DNA of 64,000 bases from Phoronis australis (GCA_002633005.1 NMRA01000286.1:293259-357258); one strand, 5' to 3'; shown: positions 50,051 to 63,702, counted from the stretch's first letter. The notes: a model not told the origin generated them from the letters alone. Made by a program: numbers and translations.

Positions 50051-52609
50051 TTCCAGTGCCGCTTCAGAGCACTGGATGGGGAGGTTTATTAATGGGCCAA
50101 AACCGGGTTTGGTAGTTTTAAATAAGCAATTATTGGAGCGACATAAATTCTGACTTTCAACCTTGACAAGAAAAGTAAGAAAGTAAAACTTATTACACGG
50201 GTGTGGGTAGAAACAACAAAACAACATTAGCTCAAGTGCTATAGCAATGGTTACCTATACTCGGCACTGTTCTATGCCTAAAATAAACAGGAGGACAGAA
50301 TGTCGGACAAAGTTTAGATTAAAGAATTTCCTGGATGAAGCGTGAATCACAAGACACTATGCAACAACGGACACCGTTTTGACACTCAGAGTCACTGTCA
50401 AGAAAAGTAGTTGAATTTTTTAGGTCAGATTGCAGCATATCTTATCGGTTTAGGTAATTTGTTCCACAAAGACTCGGTTCTGTATTGAGTTTAAGCCAAC
50501 CATAGTGGAAGGAAATCTAGAAACTGATACAATATTTTGCCCCCAAAATCAGGATGAATCGAAATTCTAAACATTCAGACAGAGCTGCCAATGGGAGTCT
50601 ATTTGTCGTGAATGTTTAAGTGTATGCGGTGGCCATGCCGATCGTGCACTGACCCAAAAAGTCTCACCGGGCATGGACTTGTCTATGCACCAGCCAATGG
50701 GCTATATACATAATTATATTATCTCATTGGCACCAGCTAACCCGTGGAGTTCTATATCGTTAACAAGAACGTATCACTATATCACTACGAACACGGTAGC
50801 GCACCAACCACCGACGGCATAACTAAATAGTATCATACGTAAAAGTCGGCGTAGTGGCCGGTTGACAAGAGTATGTATAATCAGTGAGACAAAATTTCGC
50901 GCATTTTACATTGGAAAGCACAGATTGCTTTGTGAATTGAAGACGAGGTTCTAAACCCATTTTTGACATGGGAATGAACGAAATCGCATGTCTACCAACA
51001 CAGATAACAACCCGTTCATTTAGCAGGTGTTGTACTCAAAGAAAATAGAATACTGAAAGCGGGACGACTTTCCTATGCACGCACCATTTTTATTCTAAAA
51101 TGTGAATAATGAACCAGGTACCTCAACCAAACAACAAAATATGTATCAAATCTTTCCATATCATAACTGAACACTGTCGATGATGTCTATCTCCCGCCCG
51201 CAAATTAATTATGTACTGAGGACATTGGTGAACAAAAAGAGTGCCAAACTGACTTTTTGTAGAATTCGGTTGTTTTGACACTTTGTTTTGTGAGTTGTGC
51301 TTCGCAATATATTTTGTAGTTTTCGTGACCTATTCGTATTTTTTGCTTCATCTAGAGCGACAGTGCAGGATTCATAGGGTGCACTGAAGCTAGGGGAATT
51401 GCTCTGAGAGAGGACCCCGTCCATCATGACTGGCAGGCCAGGATTGAGAACCCCAGTCTGAATGAAAGGCGCATGCTGCCCAAATACTCTAATATGAAAG
51501 GTTATCTCATTTAAAAAATATGGAAAAGAGTGATAAACATCGGGTCACTCTAATTTCACCATAGGATCACCTTCCTTACCATAGATTGTACTACGCAGAG
51601 ACTGGGGCGATCGATCCGAGTGGCCAAAAGGAGTACAACGGATAAGAAAACAATAAAAGCGTGGCCCTAGATGCCATCTGCGCCCCCCAAGAACTTGGAT
51701 TTCATATGAAATGGCATACAGTCAGTTTCAAAACAAGAAAAAAAAAACGGAACAGGAGCAACTGATAGAGTACCTTCACAGAGAGGGGTCTACCAACTCA
51801 GTGGCGTAGTACCATGTAGCTTTGCTGGCATTACCCGGGAAAAAATTTTTCATCGTATTTAAAAATCTGAACAGTTTTGTATATTCTTCTCCTTTATTAC
51901 CTTATGATTTTGTTTTTCGTTTTGTTTACTTTTGGTGTTTTGCTCAATAATATGTTTCACTTAAGTAAGTCATCGCTTTATAGTTAAAAGACATCATTAT
52001 GATAATGGTTCGCTTTCTGGACTAAATATTTGTAGTTAACGTATTGTCATTTATTTGTGTAGCACTAACAAATAACTGGTGTGGAGAATCTGTGCATGAA
52101 AATTTTCTCTGACTGTTTCAAAGTATGCACGACAATTAAAACTGGTGTCCCGGTGTCTCAGTTGCTATGAGTTAACCGGCCTAAGAACCAATATGGTTCC
52201 TAGGTAATTAATCCAACCCTGGCTGGCAGTGGGAAATTTTTCATGGTTCCATTCATATCTGTGCGTTTTTTGTTTTTCCATTGTTCCCCACCGCCCACCT
52301 TACGAATTTTTGACCCTCATGCTTGTAGGGGGCCATCGTGACTCACCGCCTCCTTGTTAGTAGTAGGGTGGGGCTGAGGGGGGTGGGGGAGAAACTCAGT
52401 TGCCGCAAGTTTCGATATTTTGTTGGAACAAAAAATACTTCGTCGGTGTTTTCATCCTAGAAATGTAATGTGACAGTTACGTATTTTCTTTGTTGTTTGC
52501 TGTGGATTAATGATCAACAGTTCACACGAATTAGAACTCCAAATAATCGTAAGATCTTATCCTTTGTTGTCGCCTGGTAAAACACCACAGAATATGCGTG
52601 GTGAAATGG

Positions 52610-52700
52610 GAAACGGAAGCCATTCAGGCTTTATCTAGGTCAATCAGAGATGACGTCACATGATAGAGTCGATCTGGGCAAAATATTCACCGCCATATTG
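52610..52700 (+). promoter_or_regulatory. Candidate Dishevelled proximal promoter
   Basis: ETS-like ACGGAAG (~52613), palindromic CRE TGACGTCA (52651-52658) and YY1-like CGCCATATT (~52691), all within 150 bp of the ATG. Confidence 0.5.
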
Positions 52701-52762
52701 GAAAAAGGAACGTAAACTTTGGCTGGCATTGTGAGAGATTTGGACATTTCCCATCCTCCGGG

Positions 52763-52923
52763 ATGGACGAAACTAAGATCATATATCACATAGATGACGA
52801 GGATACCCCGTACTTGATAAAACTTTCTATTCCGGCTGATAAAGTCACTCTTGGAGACTTTAAAAATGCACTTAATCGGCCTAACTACAAGTTCTTTTTC
52901 AAGTCCATGGATGATGATTTTGG
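52763..52923 (+). CDS. DVL: Dishevelled exon 1
   Basis: [18 protein letters not shown]...[12 protein letters not shown] + GG|GTGAGT. Confidence 0.95.
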
Positions 52924-55900
52924 GTGAGTAACGGTATTTAACCCCTCTCTGGTTAGATTTGAATGGAATTGTTATTATTTGGGTTAGACGGATGTCCCTG
53001 GATACTCCTGATTTTTACATGTTAACAAATCGTCCAGGTTCTGAAAACGCAAGTCGCTACAAAGTCAACTGCATTGATTTTGACAGCGACAGACGGAGTT
53101 GGAGACGTGCCCCGCGACATAGTGACTGAGTTAGCAGGTTAGTGACCAACTATGGATCAATGAATGGGATGATTAAATGTTGTCCAGGGCCTTGAAGTCA
53201 TATGTTCACTTTTGTCGCTAGCTTTGTTCTACCCAACTATGTCTTGTGTTATAAGAATCCAACTGAACAAGTCCACTCTCTCCAGTCACTGCCACCCATC
53301 GATTCATTGATTGGATTGGCATTGGGCTCAAGTGGATGGAGCTTGTGACCCTCAGATTTTATTTTGATAATTGTTGGATGTGACTATCCATGATTTGACA
53401 TGTAGCCGGTTCTACTGAACACCTTCTAAATGGGTGCTACTAAATGTAATTAACTAGATCTCCTCGCTAATTTACTTTGACAATCATAAACTGTAACATC
53501 CGACTGCTATCGTTTTGGTCCAGTTTGGTGATTGCGAACTGACAATGTCTTGGTGTCTGTAGTTTAGCACATCAGATAATTCTTTTAACTGTGATCAGCT
53601 GTTTGTATGCAGCCCTGTCTTGGATTTTATTGTGTTCTCTTATGACCTACATCTTCAGAGAGTATATAGTTTCTATGCGTGAATTGAGACCTGTCTGGAT
53701 GGATACTTGTCAATCACTTATCAAAGATCAACACTTTTGTGCACAACAACATACAATAATCATCTCTGGTGGTCTCAGATTTTGATCCACTGAATAACAG
53801 GCATTATTCGGTGATTGATTTCCTCCCACAATGGAAGTCTGGAAATTCTTAGGACTTTGTACACACTACTAGGGGCTTACTCTGTATTAATAAAACAGTG
53901 CCACCTCTCCATTTTAGTGACAGCTCAGTCCATTGTAGATAGATCTGATACTTATATGCTGTCTGAGCCCAACCATATCCAAGAATATAGATTAACCTAC
54001 AACATGTAATTGAAATAAAAGCTATTTTTGTTTGTAGCATAATTATAAATCCAAATAAAGTGGTTTTTGAGTGATTCTTGTTTTAGGTTGTTTTACCAAA
54101 CTTTATTGTTATTTGAATTTTATGACGTGTTGTTGAATTAAACCTCTGGACATCCTCTTCCAAATGCTCTGTTTGCTGCTAGATTACACAAAAATCTGCA
54201 CACACAAGCTCACATCCATGGTCTCATTTAACAGAATGCTAATGATATACGGTAATAAGTCCTGTACTGTGTATGTATGTACTCTGACTGGCAGCTAGCG
54301 TGTGGCTGACACAGCATGAGTCACTTCCCCAGCCTTACCTACCGTAGCATTGCACTGACTAATTGCTACTTCCTCTCTCTGTTGCTATCTGTCTCAGTAG
54401 CCGCAGACAAGAATCAGCCCAGAGCCAGAGTAATTAGTGGATAAATATATGTGGAATATCAGATAAATAAATATATGTATACTGACATGACAGTGAATCC
54501 TAAATTCTGACAACTTCACACTGGCTTCAATCTAGCAAAGTCTACATATCTGGGTTATCGTGTTCTAAAATTCTGTCTGAAGAAATCGGAGTGTGGTAAA
54601 ATCTCCAATTTCGGGCAAAAATAATTTCCGATAGTGATCCTTTTGATTTTTGTAATGTTCTTGTTGTGTAAATGCCAACATTTTCAAGCATTTTTTGATG
54701 GTGGCTGGGGTGTTGAACGTTAAAACAATTATGTGAGAAAATGAAAAAATTCATTTGTCTGCTGTGTTTTGTTCTAAACTGGTGGGTGAAATTTTATCAT
54801 TTTTCCTAGTAAGGTAAATTCCGGCACTGTCAGCAATAAATGGTCTATTTCCATCATAGTTTAGTAACTTTGTCTAACATTTTCATAGTAAAGCTGAGCT
54901 AACTTGACAATGTAAGACTTGCCAAGAGTTGCTTAAGAAAAAGTACGTATGTTATGCAGCACTTGCCAATGTGACTTCAGATTGTGTTTGGCGACCTGGG
55001 AAAATTTTAAGTCGCCATGAAGTCAGACAATAATTCCCTCTAAATTCGTTTCAAAGTTTGTGCTGACTTACAAACTTTAAATTACTATCAGTTTTCCTAG
55101 TTCCATTGCCTTTGATTCAAAATTGTTCTGTTTATTTCGTGAAATCAGTGCATTTGACACCCTCAGCAGTCAGCGCACATTGCCTCCAAGGCAGCCTCAT
55201 TGAGTGAAGGCCTCTCGGCTACAGAACTGTACTTAAAGTATATAACTGTCTGCAATCTCAGCTCTCAAAAGTTCACAATACAAGTTTTCTGCTGTGTCAT
55301 GTAGACTATTAGTGGAACGATGCCGTTCTGCATCAGGACAGGGGGCCCCCGGCCGCATTGCTTTGCCTTGGTGCAAAGTTGTATACTAAATATACAGACA
55401 TTGCGTCGATGTGGGTAAAAACTGGCCGAATAAACACAAAAATAGTATCATTAAAAACTACAGTCTTCCTTGAGTAAACTAAATTTTTTATCAGAGTTAA
55501 AAAAGTGGCGATCTACCGTTCACTCTGCTGCTAAAATTGTGGTACGTTCTTTTGGGTCAGTTTTCGGCGCCGTCACCTATTGCCATATTGGACAGTTTTG
55601 TTCCCCGATTCTTCAATCAACTGTTCTTCTCTTCCACGAGGTTGCATACATGTCACAACAAATTATCGGGACTGGTTTCATTTCGTTTCATTAAAAGTTT
55701 TAAGTATTTTAATCTCAACAAACTGAATTTCAGAACAAATTTTGAAGCTGCGAACCTGTCATCGTCTCCCGAGAAATGTTGCATGTGCGTGTCATGAGGA
55801 TTCTGTTTTCATTGACGCCATTATTATCGCCGGGTCGGATTTTGCGACCTAGCCAAAATACCAGGTCGCATTTTCAAAATCCAGCTCGCATTCATAAATA

Positions 55901-58900
55901 CCAGGGAGCAAAAAATTAGCGGTGGTGTGTATGAAGAGAAGAATAAAAAGTTTGCTAACTACGATTTCGCATCTACGGTGTAACCCTTTAGTTGCAATAG
56001 CTGGCTGCGGGCATAGAACATCGGGTTTAGGGAACATCGACCCTGGGAAACATCGGAACAGGAAAAAAAAGTTCTGGGTTACATCGGTGCTGGGGAATTT
56101 CGTAAAGCATCAGGTCTTTTATAACTGCTGGGGATCTATAAGTTCATTTTCAAATAAACCACTGACACCTGGGTGCATAACGAAGCTAAGCTGGTATACT
56201 CTTTCATTTATGACTGTGGCTGTTCTCTTTTGTTGTGCAGCTTGGGAGAAGGGCGCACGCGTGAGTTCACGCACTTGAATCGCTGGAGTAGGTCTACGCT
56301 TTACGTTAGCAACAACGTGTGAAAGACGAAGCATATTTCGCGCACGTAGCCCTAGATCAAGTAAAAGCATTTGAGAATTTCTTGGCAACTCTAAAACTAA
56401 AAGACGTGGCCGTCGTTTGCCGATTAATAGGGTTGCCATTTTTACCGACCAGTGCCGTAGTGCAATATCAGGGATGTTGTTGTGGATATTTGGTACATGT
56501 AATAAGGACATCTTAAGCGAAAAATAAGCATGTTTTTCCACCACAAAGTTTGGTAAGTTGAACGCTTAAGAATTAGTGACGTTTTATCACGTTTTATCAC
56601 TTGTTATGCCCTGGCCTGAAACTTTCTTCAGCGAATCTGAAAATTTTCAAAATACCGGAAAATATTAGCCAATGAAACGCATCAAAGATCGATTCTGCAT
56701 TATTCCATGTTCACGCAACATGAGATTCCGATGATACCTCAAAGCTAAATAACCACCTCAGACGATACTGGTTGGTCCAAAAGCCTTCCTGAGCTCAGCC
56801 AAAATATCCACCTGAGTAGGCAAAATGTCATCTCAGTTGGCTGCAAGTCCCCACACATCCTGAAGAAGAACCCTCCCAAGTGAAGGATATGTTTAACAGA
56901 TGGTACATGGAGATTTGGTGGATGAGATGGCTGCTGAACTGAACTCTGCTGCTGGTGATTATTTGTTTACTGTGATACTGTGTTAATGAGTGAATGGCTT
57001 CTGCCGGGCATCACATCATTGCAAGGCTTTTCAGTGAGAGAGTCTTGTACTCTTATACCCTGGTTACATTGAAGACTTTATAGTTTGATTTAAAATTGGT
57101 TTGGAGTTCAAATCAATTGACCAATTGATGAGCTGATTCAACCTGGACCTGCTCGTGTAGCTGATCAGTTTTAACCGGTCGATTTATACCTTGTGAAGTG
57201 TAAATTGATTTGGCTCAAATAGGATAAGCGACGTATAGTTAAGCATATGCTGATTGGGTTCCTGTGCCCACCCTTGTCTTATGATTTCCTGGGTAATTCT
57301 AGTTTGATATTCTCCAATTTTGTTCATTTTCACAAGTATTATGACACAACCGAATAACCAAAACTTCTCAAAAGAACAAGAGAATGGTGTGAAATGCCGT
57401 TTATGAAAAGAAGTTCTTGGTGACAAGTGCTCTGGATTCTTACAACAAATAAGACGAAGTGATTTAAGCCGATCAAGATAAATTGATTCTGAATAAATCT
57501 ATTCCAATGTTCAGTGTACATGTTTTATGAAGTTTTGATTTAATTAATGTTCCTTTACATCTCCATGGTTGGCACGATAATTATTAACGCTGTCCTTATG
57601 ACAAACGATAAAGAGATCGCTCCCTTCTACCCTCTCTTAAAATTTCACGGTGTTAGTTGAAAGGATGTTCAATTTTGGCCTTGTGAGGTGTCTAAAATTT
57701 GAACATGTTTAGCACAAGTTAAAATGCTGACAGTGGTTGGTAAAATCACAATAACACGACACTTGTAGTAAATACTTAAGTTGAAATAGCATTAGTGAAT
57801 CTTAACATGTTCTTGAGAGAATGGTGGTAATTTGCTTTTTATCTTCAAAGAAGCCAATAAACACCAAGTAGTTAAAACAAAACATAAGCTGATGTCTGCT
57901 ACATTAGTTGAGATCACAACGACCTTGCCACCCTCTGTGACCAAGAATGCAACTAGCAGTTGATGTGATTTTCTTAGTAAATATGAATGTAGATTCACTT
58001 TTGCGAGGCGACATTCTTTGTTGAGTGTATTCCAAGGGGGTGGAAAGGATTGCCATAGCTCCCCGTCCCATATTCCTTCAGATTAAGCTGAGTGGCTGTG
58101 ACATGTTAACCCCATTTGGTAATGTCTGGTGGCCGCAAAATTTCCATTCCCAGAGACAATTTTAGGAGGGTGCCCTGCATCATTGGCGCCTTAGAATTTT
58201 CACTGATGCACTGTCCGTATTGCTTAGCTTGGACCTACAGAGGCTTTAAAATTGTGTCTCCTTCAAGCCTTATTTATTTTGTCTTGACTTTATATTTAGA
58301 TTCCTACATGACAGTGCAATGCAGATAGTAAGATCAAAAGAACAGTGTTAGTGATGTGAGGTCTAATGTATATTGTGAGAATATAGATCACAACTGTGGA
58401 TATGTCTAATAATCGTTGTGTAACCTACTGAGATTACAAACAAAATCACACGTTAAAATGCCACCCCCAAAGACAATGGAATCGAAAACTATGAAAATAC
58501 TAATGTTAGCAATGGATCCTCCAAATTGGACCTTACAAATGAGGGCCTGTGGGTCATGACCCATAGCCACATTTTTTAGAACAATATGTGCAATCAAAAT
58601 CAAAATCTGTAAAATCTGTGTTTTTCACTTTTCTCCCTCTGGTTTCAGTAAAAATGACTATTGCTTATGACTAAATGCTAAACGACAACAGCTAAATAAA
58701 TGTGATGTGATGTGATGTCGCTCAATTCCGACATTGGCTGAACCCTACATTTTGCAATAGGATCTTGTGGGTCATTTATACAATGATGAATTTGTAGATG
58801 ATTGTGCACTTGAGAGTAATTGCCCAAGATCACGTCTAGTAACTGCTAGTTCTAGATGTGGTTTGGGCACTCTGGTTCCCAGCAGGCTGTCCTGAGGCGA

Positions 58901-61900
58901 GGACAAGACATGGTCGGGATACTTTTGATATATATAATCCTGAGAGGTGTCGTGGAGGGGAAGGAGGGGGGCTAGGCCAAGATATATTTTGAATACTCTG
59001 AATCTGTCCCGTAAATGTTGTCAAGGAGGACTAGATACGGGTATTGTGCTTTGGATTTGCCATCTGAGGACTGTTCTGGAGGGCTAGAGCAAGATGTGGT
59101 CTGGTTAGTCTTGTCTAGTCACTAGAGGGGTGTCCCAAGGGGAGTTTGCCCAGGATGTTGTGGTCTGGGTACCTGAAGCTATTCCCCAGATGGGTGTCCT
59201 GAGGGGTAGTGCCCAGGATGTGGTCCCTGGCCTTGTGCCACCAGTGTATCAACTCAGTACTGTATTATTGACATGCTTGAACAGCGACAGACCCAGTATT
59301 GATTGAACTGTGCTAATTAGTTGCCTGTCTTCATTATGCCACAGTCTGTTCCTATGTGGTGGGCTGCGTGCATTTGTCATATGTATGCTGTGACTCTGTG
59401 TCATGACTACTATTGAGTTAGAATTTTGCTGATTGTCAATGGGGCACTTAAGGAAACTAATCCGCGTGGTGGCAGTGCGACTTACCAAGTCAGACATAGA
59501 TCGTCATCCAGTCAAAACTTTAAGGTGGAGAGTAGCCCTTTGGGTTTTGGTCACTAAAACAACTGAAGGATAAACTAACGTTTTTGTTTCGAACATTTTT
59601 TGACTGCTTTTGGCACCAACTTTCAATTTAGTACAATTCATACTGGCTACACAATAATTATCAGGCTACTTATGTAAGAAATCCAAGTCTATTACACTGA
59701 GATTAAAGCTGATGCTGGCCAAAGACAAGGAGGCACAAATGATATACATGCTTTACAAATGGATACAACGCCAGTGCCATAACATGGTTGTAAACAACAG
59801 GCGTACAACAGGTGGAGTTGTACCAGGCCACTAAACAAAATGTGAGATTGCATTGGCAAACTGCTGGTTGTCAAATGTTGCTCTGCATTGAGTAGCCTGC
59901 TCTTTCCAGTACCATTCAATATTCCCTTGCAGATGGGTATTTTTGAGAAAAATAACCAGTGTCTACCAGCTATAGAAAAAATATCTGGAGATGGGTTTCT
60001 CTTAACTGTAGGTGCGCTCCTAGTGTTAAAACATTCATACTACCTGTCCAGTCTGCAAAAATATCCACAGAGGATGAGAAAGTCGCTGTTTTGTCTGGAA
60101 AACTCAATAGTTGAGTGGTTCTTGTCTGCTGTTTTTGTTGGCAGAACCAGTGGCAAACGTGCGACACCAGTCCAGGAATTAGTGGTCTTCATTGTTTGCT
60201 GAAACAATTCAGTTACTCCTTGGCAAAGTATACAAAATCCAATACCAGTTGGCGGACAGTCACTGTGCCACAGGCAAAACAAAACATCACAGGCTTCATA
60301 TATACAACTGTTGATATTGTGCTAATAGGACGAGCCCTGGTCAGGTTCTACTAGCTGTGTATCAGACTTATGTCTTGTTGAAAGCCCATCTTGAAGTCAT
60401 TTTCATCTGGTAGACTTGCTTCTCTGACAGGTCATAGAAATGCCTGGCCAACTGCATAACTACATGGTTTCAATGATTTCAAGACCAGGGTTTGTTGGCT
60501 AATAGATAATTAAACCAGATTTCACATTTGTTTTGCAAGTTTGTGTAATACTATGGTTGTCTGGGAACCGGTGTACCCAGGGCTTGTTTTGTGGAGTGAT
60601 ACAAGTAGAAGGTGTAACCACCAATTTGAATTAATTTTGAGGATACGTCGACTCAAAGTAGAATTTTGGTGATGTGAGCTCACAAACGATTGTAAAATTT
60701 GTCTTGAAAATTGCACTAAGTTTTCGAATGGTTTGTTAAGGAACTAGACGAAGTAGGCCTTTCGGCATTTCTATGTTGAACGTCATTACAATGGTTGGTT
60801 CCATGTTAATTTAAGGATCTTAGGATGTGCTGGGGGCCCATACCACCTACATTGTTAAAAATAATTGCTGCACCTGAGAGTTTGTCCTAAATGTCAGGCC
60901 TTTCCCTGTTCAAGATTCTGGATCTGTAGGACATGTGCTATTTTGTTTTTTTGAGTATTAAGTACCAGGCCTTTATCCAGGATTTTGAAAATAGGGCTTC
61001 CAAAATGAGGTTCCCAATATTCCAGAGCGTCCATGATTCCGACGCGTAACCCCCCACCCCCAGCAATACCCCTAAACACACAGAATTTTTACAAAAAAAT
61101 GCATAGATCAAGGTTTTTACATCTAAGTTTATAAAACAGCCTATGGTGAGCATTTTTACTAAAAAAACTGTGTAGACCAAGACTTTTACAATGCTGTCAA
61201 TCAAGTGTCAAAATAGCAACAATGCATGTACTTTGTATTCACATTGAAAAAAGAGCCCCCACTGTGAGCCTTCAGAGGCTTCCTAGTATTCATTACTATG
61301 GGTGAATCCAAACTTGAAAGGTTCCTATTGACAGTGGGCGTCCAAATGATACATTGGGCTTCCTTACCAGGGCGTCCAGATTAGTGCTAGGGCGTCCATC
61401 AGGACGCCCAGGACGTACGCTGCATAAAGGCCTTTTAAGTACCAAGTGGTACCTTCTTTGGACTTGATTGTCCGTGCTGAGCATGGGTAGTTGGTGTGTA
61501 ATGGGCTTTTATTATTGACCCTTTCTAGCAATTTTTGCTTTTTAAATACAATAACATCCTGGCTATAATGGTAGCGTTTTCATTATCATTTTCTTCTATT
61601 GTGAACAGTTGCCGTTATCATTATCAGTGGTGTTTGGGTAGCAGAATGAGTTACCCCCAAAAGTTGAGTACTTCAAAGGAGACACATGCTTGTGAGAACT
61701 TGGGAATGAGGCTTTTGTTTATTGTTGTGTTAATTTGTTTATTGCAGAGAGTGCTTTGACAGCATGCCTTCCTTTAAAAGCAATTTAGGTGATGAGGAAA
61801 CTAACTAACTGCTGGTGAAAATGACTCCTCCTGGGCAGCACATCTGTTTGGGTAAACACAGTACTTTCACCAACTGCTAGGGTTTTCACCACTGATGTGA

Positions 61901-62069
61901 ACCATATATAGGAGACATGATTGAAGTCAATTTGATAACAGTTGCTATGGTATCTCATTTGTATAAATTGCCACTGATTGCTCGTTTGTTTCATTGTAGT
62001 GTCGTCAAAGAGGAAATCATAGATGAAGAAGCCAAGCTTCCCTGTTTTAATGGCCGTGTGGTGTCATGG
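52763..62069 (+). CDS. DVL: Dishevelled, 5' partial (DIX domain exons 1-2, ~9.1-kb first intron); gene continues past the window
   Basis: Joined: [77 protein letters not shown], the canonical Dvl DIX domain. Confidence 0.95.
58850..59235. repeat. Old degenerate G-rich tandem repeat
   Basis: Recurring GATGTGGTCTGG and GGTGTCCTGAGGGG..GCCCAG motifs at roughly 60-bp spacing. Confidence 0.4.
60966..61434. mobile_element. hAT-type MITE with a perfect 8-bp target-site duplication
   Basis: TTAAGTAC|CAGGCCTTTATCCAG ... CTGCATAAAGGCCTT|TTAAGTAC; subterminal GGGCGTCC repeats. Confidence 0.85.
62000..62069 (+). CDS. DVL: Dishevelled exon 2
   Basis: [23 protein letters not shown]; TTGTAG/GTAAGT. Confidence 0.95.
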
Positions 62070-62722
62070 GTAAGTTCTGTGATGACGCTGTCAAAAATGT
62101 ACTCTGCCCAATGAACAGGGTGGTGCATCAACACGACAAAAACGTGGGAACAAATGACATGGCGCCCCTGTATCAGATTTCTTTTACTGTGTCCTGCCAG
62201 GGATTAGTGGCAAACTGTAGTCCAGACCTGCGAACAAAAAACACCGTTTAGTAAAATGTGGCACTGTAATTCAGTTCTGAAGAGAGCATTTCCATGCCCT
62301 TGAGCCACTTTGTAATTCTTTTCAACCTTCCAAGTGGTTTGTGGGGAAAGAGTGTGAGCTTGTTTGCTCGGAACAGCAAGCAGAAGTATATGTTTTTGGA
62401 AGTTTGTCAAGAGTTTAGTTAGTGGAGAGGTCCTATTGATCAAATAGGAATGGAAATCTGGGTCTACAAAGTAAGTCAAGAGCAACAATATCATTTCCCT
62501 TTGAAAAGAAGCCAGGATAATGGTTGGCAATGTCGTGCACCCAAGGACTAGCAAGTCAAAAAATGTGCTACCTTCAATGAGTAGAATGCGGAGACTGACA
62601 TCATCAAAAAATAAAGAAATGCTTAATTTTTCGAAATATGGTTATTTTAATGTTGATACAGTAATGTCAATTGAGCTCATTTTATCTATCCAAACCTGGC
62701 GGACAGAGATAAAAGTTTAAAA

Positions 62723-63243
62723 TTTATGCACCCACCTATACAGATAGCTGTCATCTCTGTCTGGGCGTCTAGTGTCTGGCGTCCACAATTGTATCTACTA
62801 ACCCAATATTGCAAGATCTTAATGCGAGTTGGTTGATGTAATCTTTTGAAGATGATGATGCTGAAAAATTTGGGCCCGATACCACTAACGATATGCTCAA
62901 TAATGGCATTGTTAGTTCTTTACATTTGCAGTTGCACTTTTGGAGCTCCTTGATGGATTTTCACGAAATGTGGCGGATAAGTTCTTATTATGGAGGCAAC
63001 TTTGTCTTCAGATGAATTCGATGTGGCCATTTTTATTATTTCGAGTTTGTTTTTGGTGTTCCCTTTTCTAATTGCCAAACTGCTTGGAGGATGATTTTGA
63101 AAATTGACAGATGTGTTCCTGCTGAGCATATTTTGCGCCACCTAGTGGCTGATATTACAACATTATAATAAGAGATACCCCCAGGAGCATACCATTGGCG
63201 ATGTAGTCATGGGCTTATTTCAACACTTTGCGTTGCTTTTGTT
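62723..63243 (+). mobile_element. Helentron/DINE-like element, short copy 3
   Basis: TTTATGCACCCACC...GTCTGGGCGTCTAGTGTCTGGCGTCC...ATACCCCCAGGAGCATACC...CAACACTTTGCGTTGCTTTTGTT; related to copies 1 and 2. Confidence 0.6.
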
Positions 63244-63702
63244 CCAAGTATTAACTGGTGGGCATCAGGGAAAGTCTTCAGTAATTGTGTGTGCCCAATG
63301 GATGCCTGTGTACTCTGAACTTCCCAGCCTCTTTAATGAAATTGTGCTATTATTGCAAAAGCGCTTAAATTGGAACACTGGTTGTGCCATTTGATTTGCA
63401 GTTCATTTGACTCATTCAACTCCATCCCACACTAAGCAACCTAATTGGCTGCATAATGTCAGCACTGACCACGTCTGACCATTGAGATTTGGCGTATTTC
63501 CGAGATCTGGCACAGCACTGGTTTTATATCTGATCTGCCATTAATTGAAGTTAATGAACTTTCAACTAACAGAAACCTACATTTGACCACCCGCTAAGTG
63601 CTACACAACACAGTCTCTGCAGTCTTCCAATGGCTGCCACCTACCCAATTAAGTGCCATCGACACTCAGACTAGAACAAGATAATCCTGGAATGAGTTGT
63701 CG

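Noticed and set aside
58023-58205. Possible hAT MITE (GAGTGTATTCCAAGG ... CCTTAGAATTTTCACTG)
   Set aside because: Weak TIR match and no target-site duplication.
59692-60354. Cluster of overlapping 65-104-aa ORFs in Dvl intron 1
   Set aside because: No recognisable domain; Dvl exons 1 and 2 join directly in frame, so these are not needed as exons.
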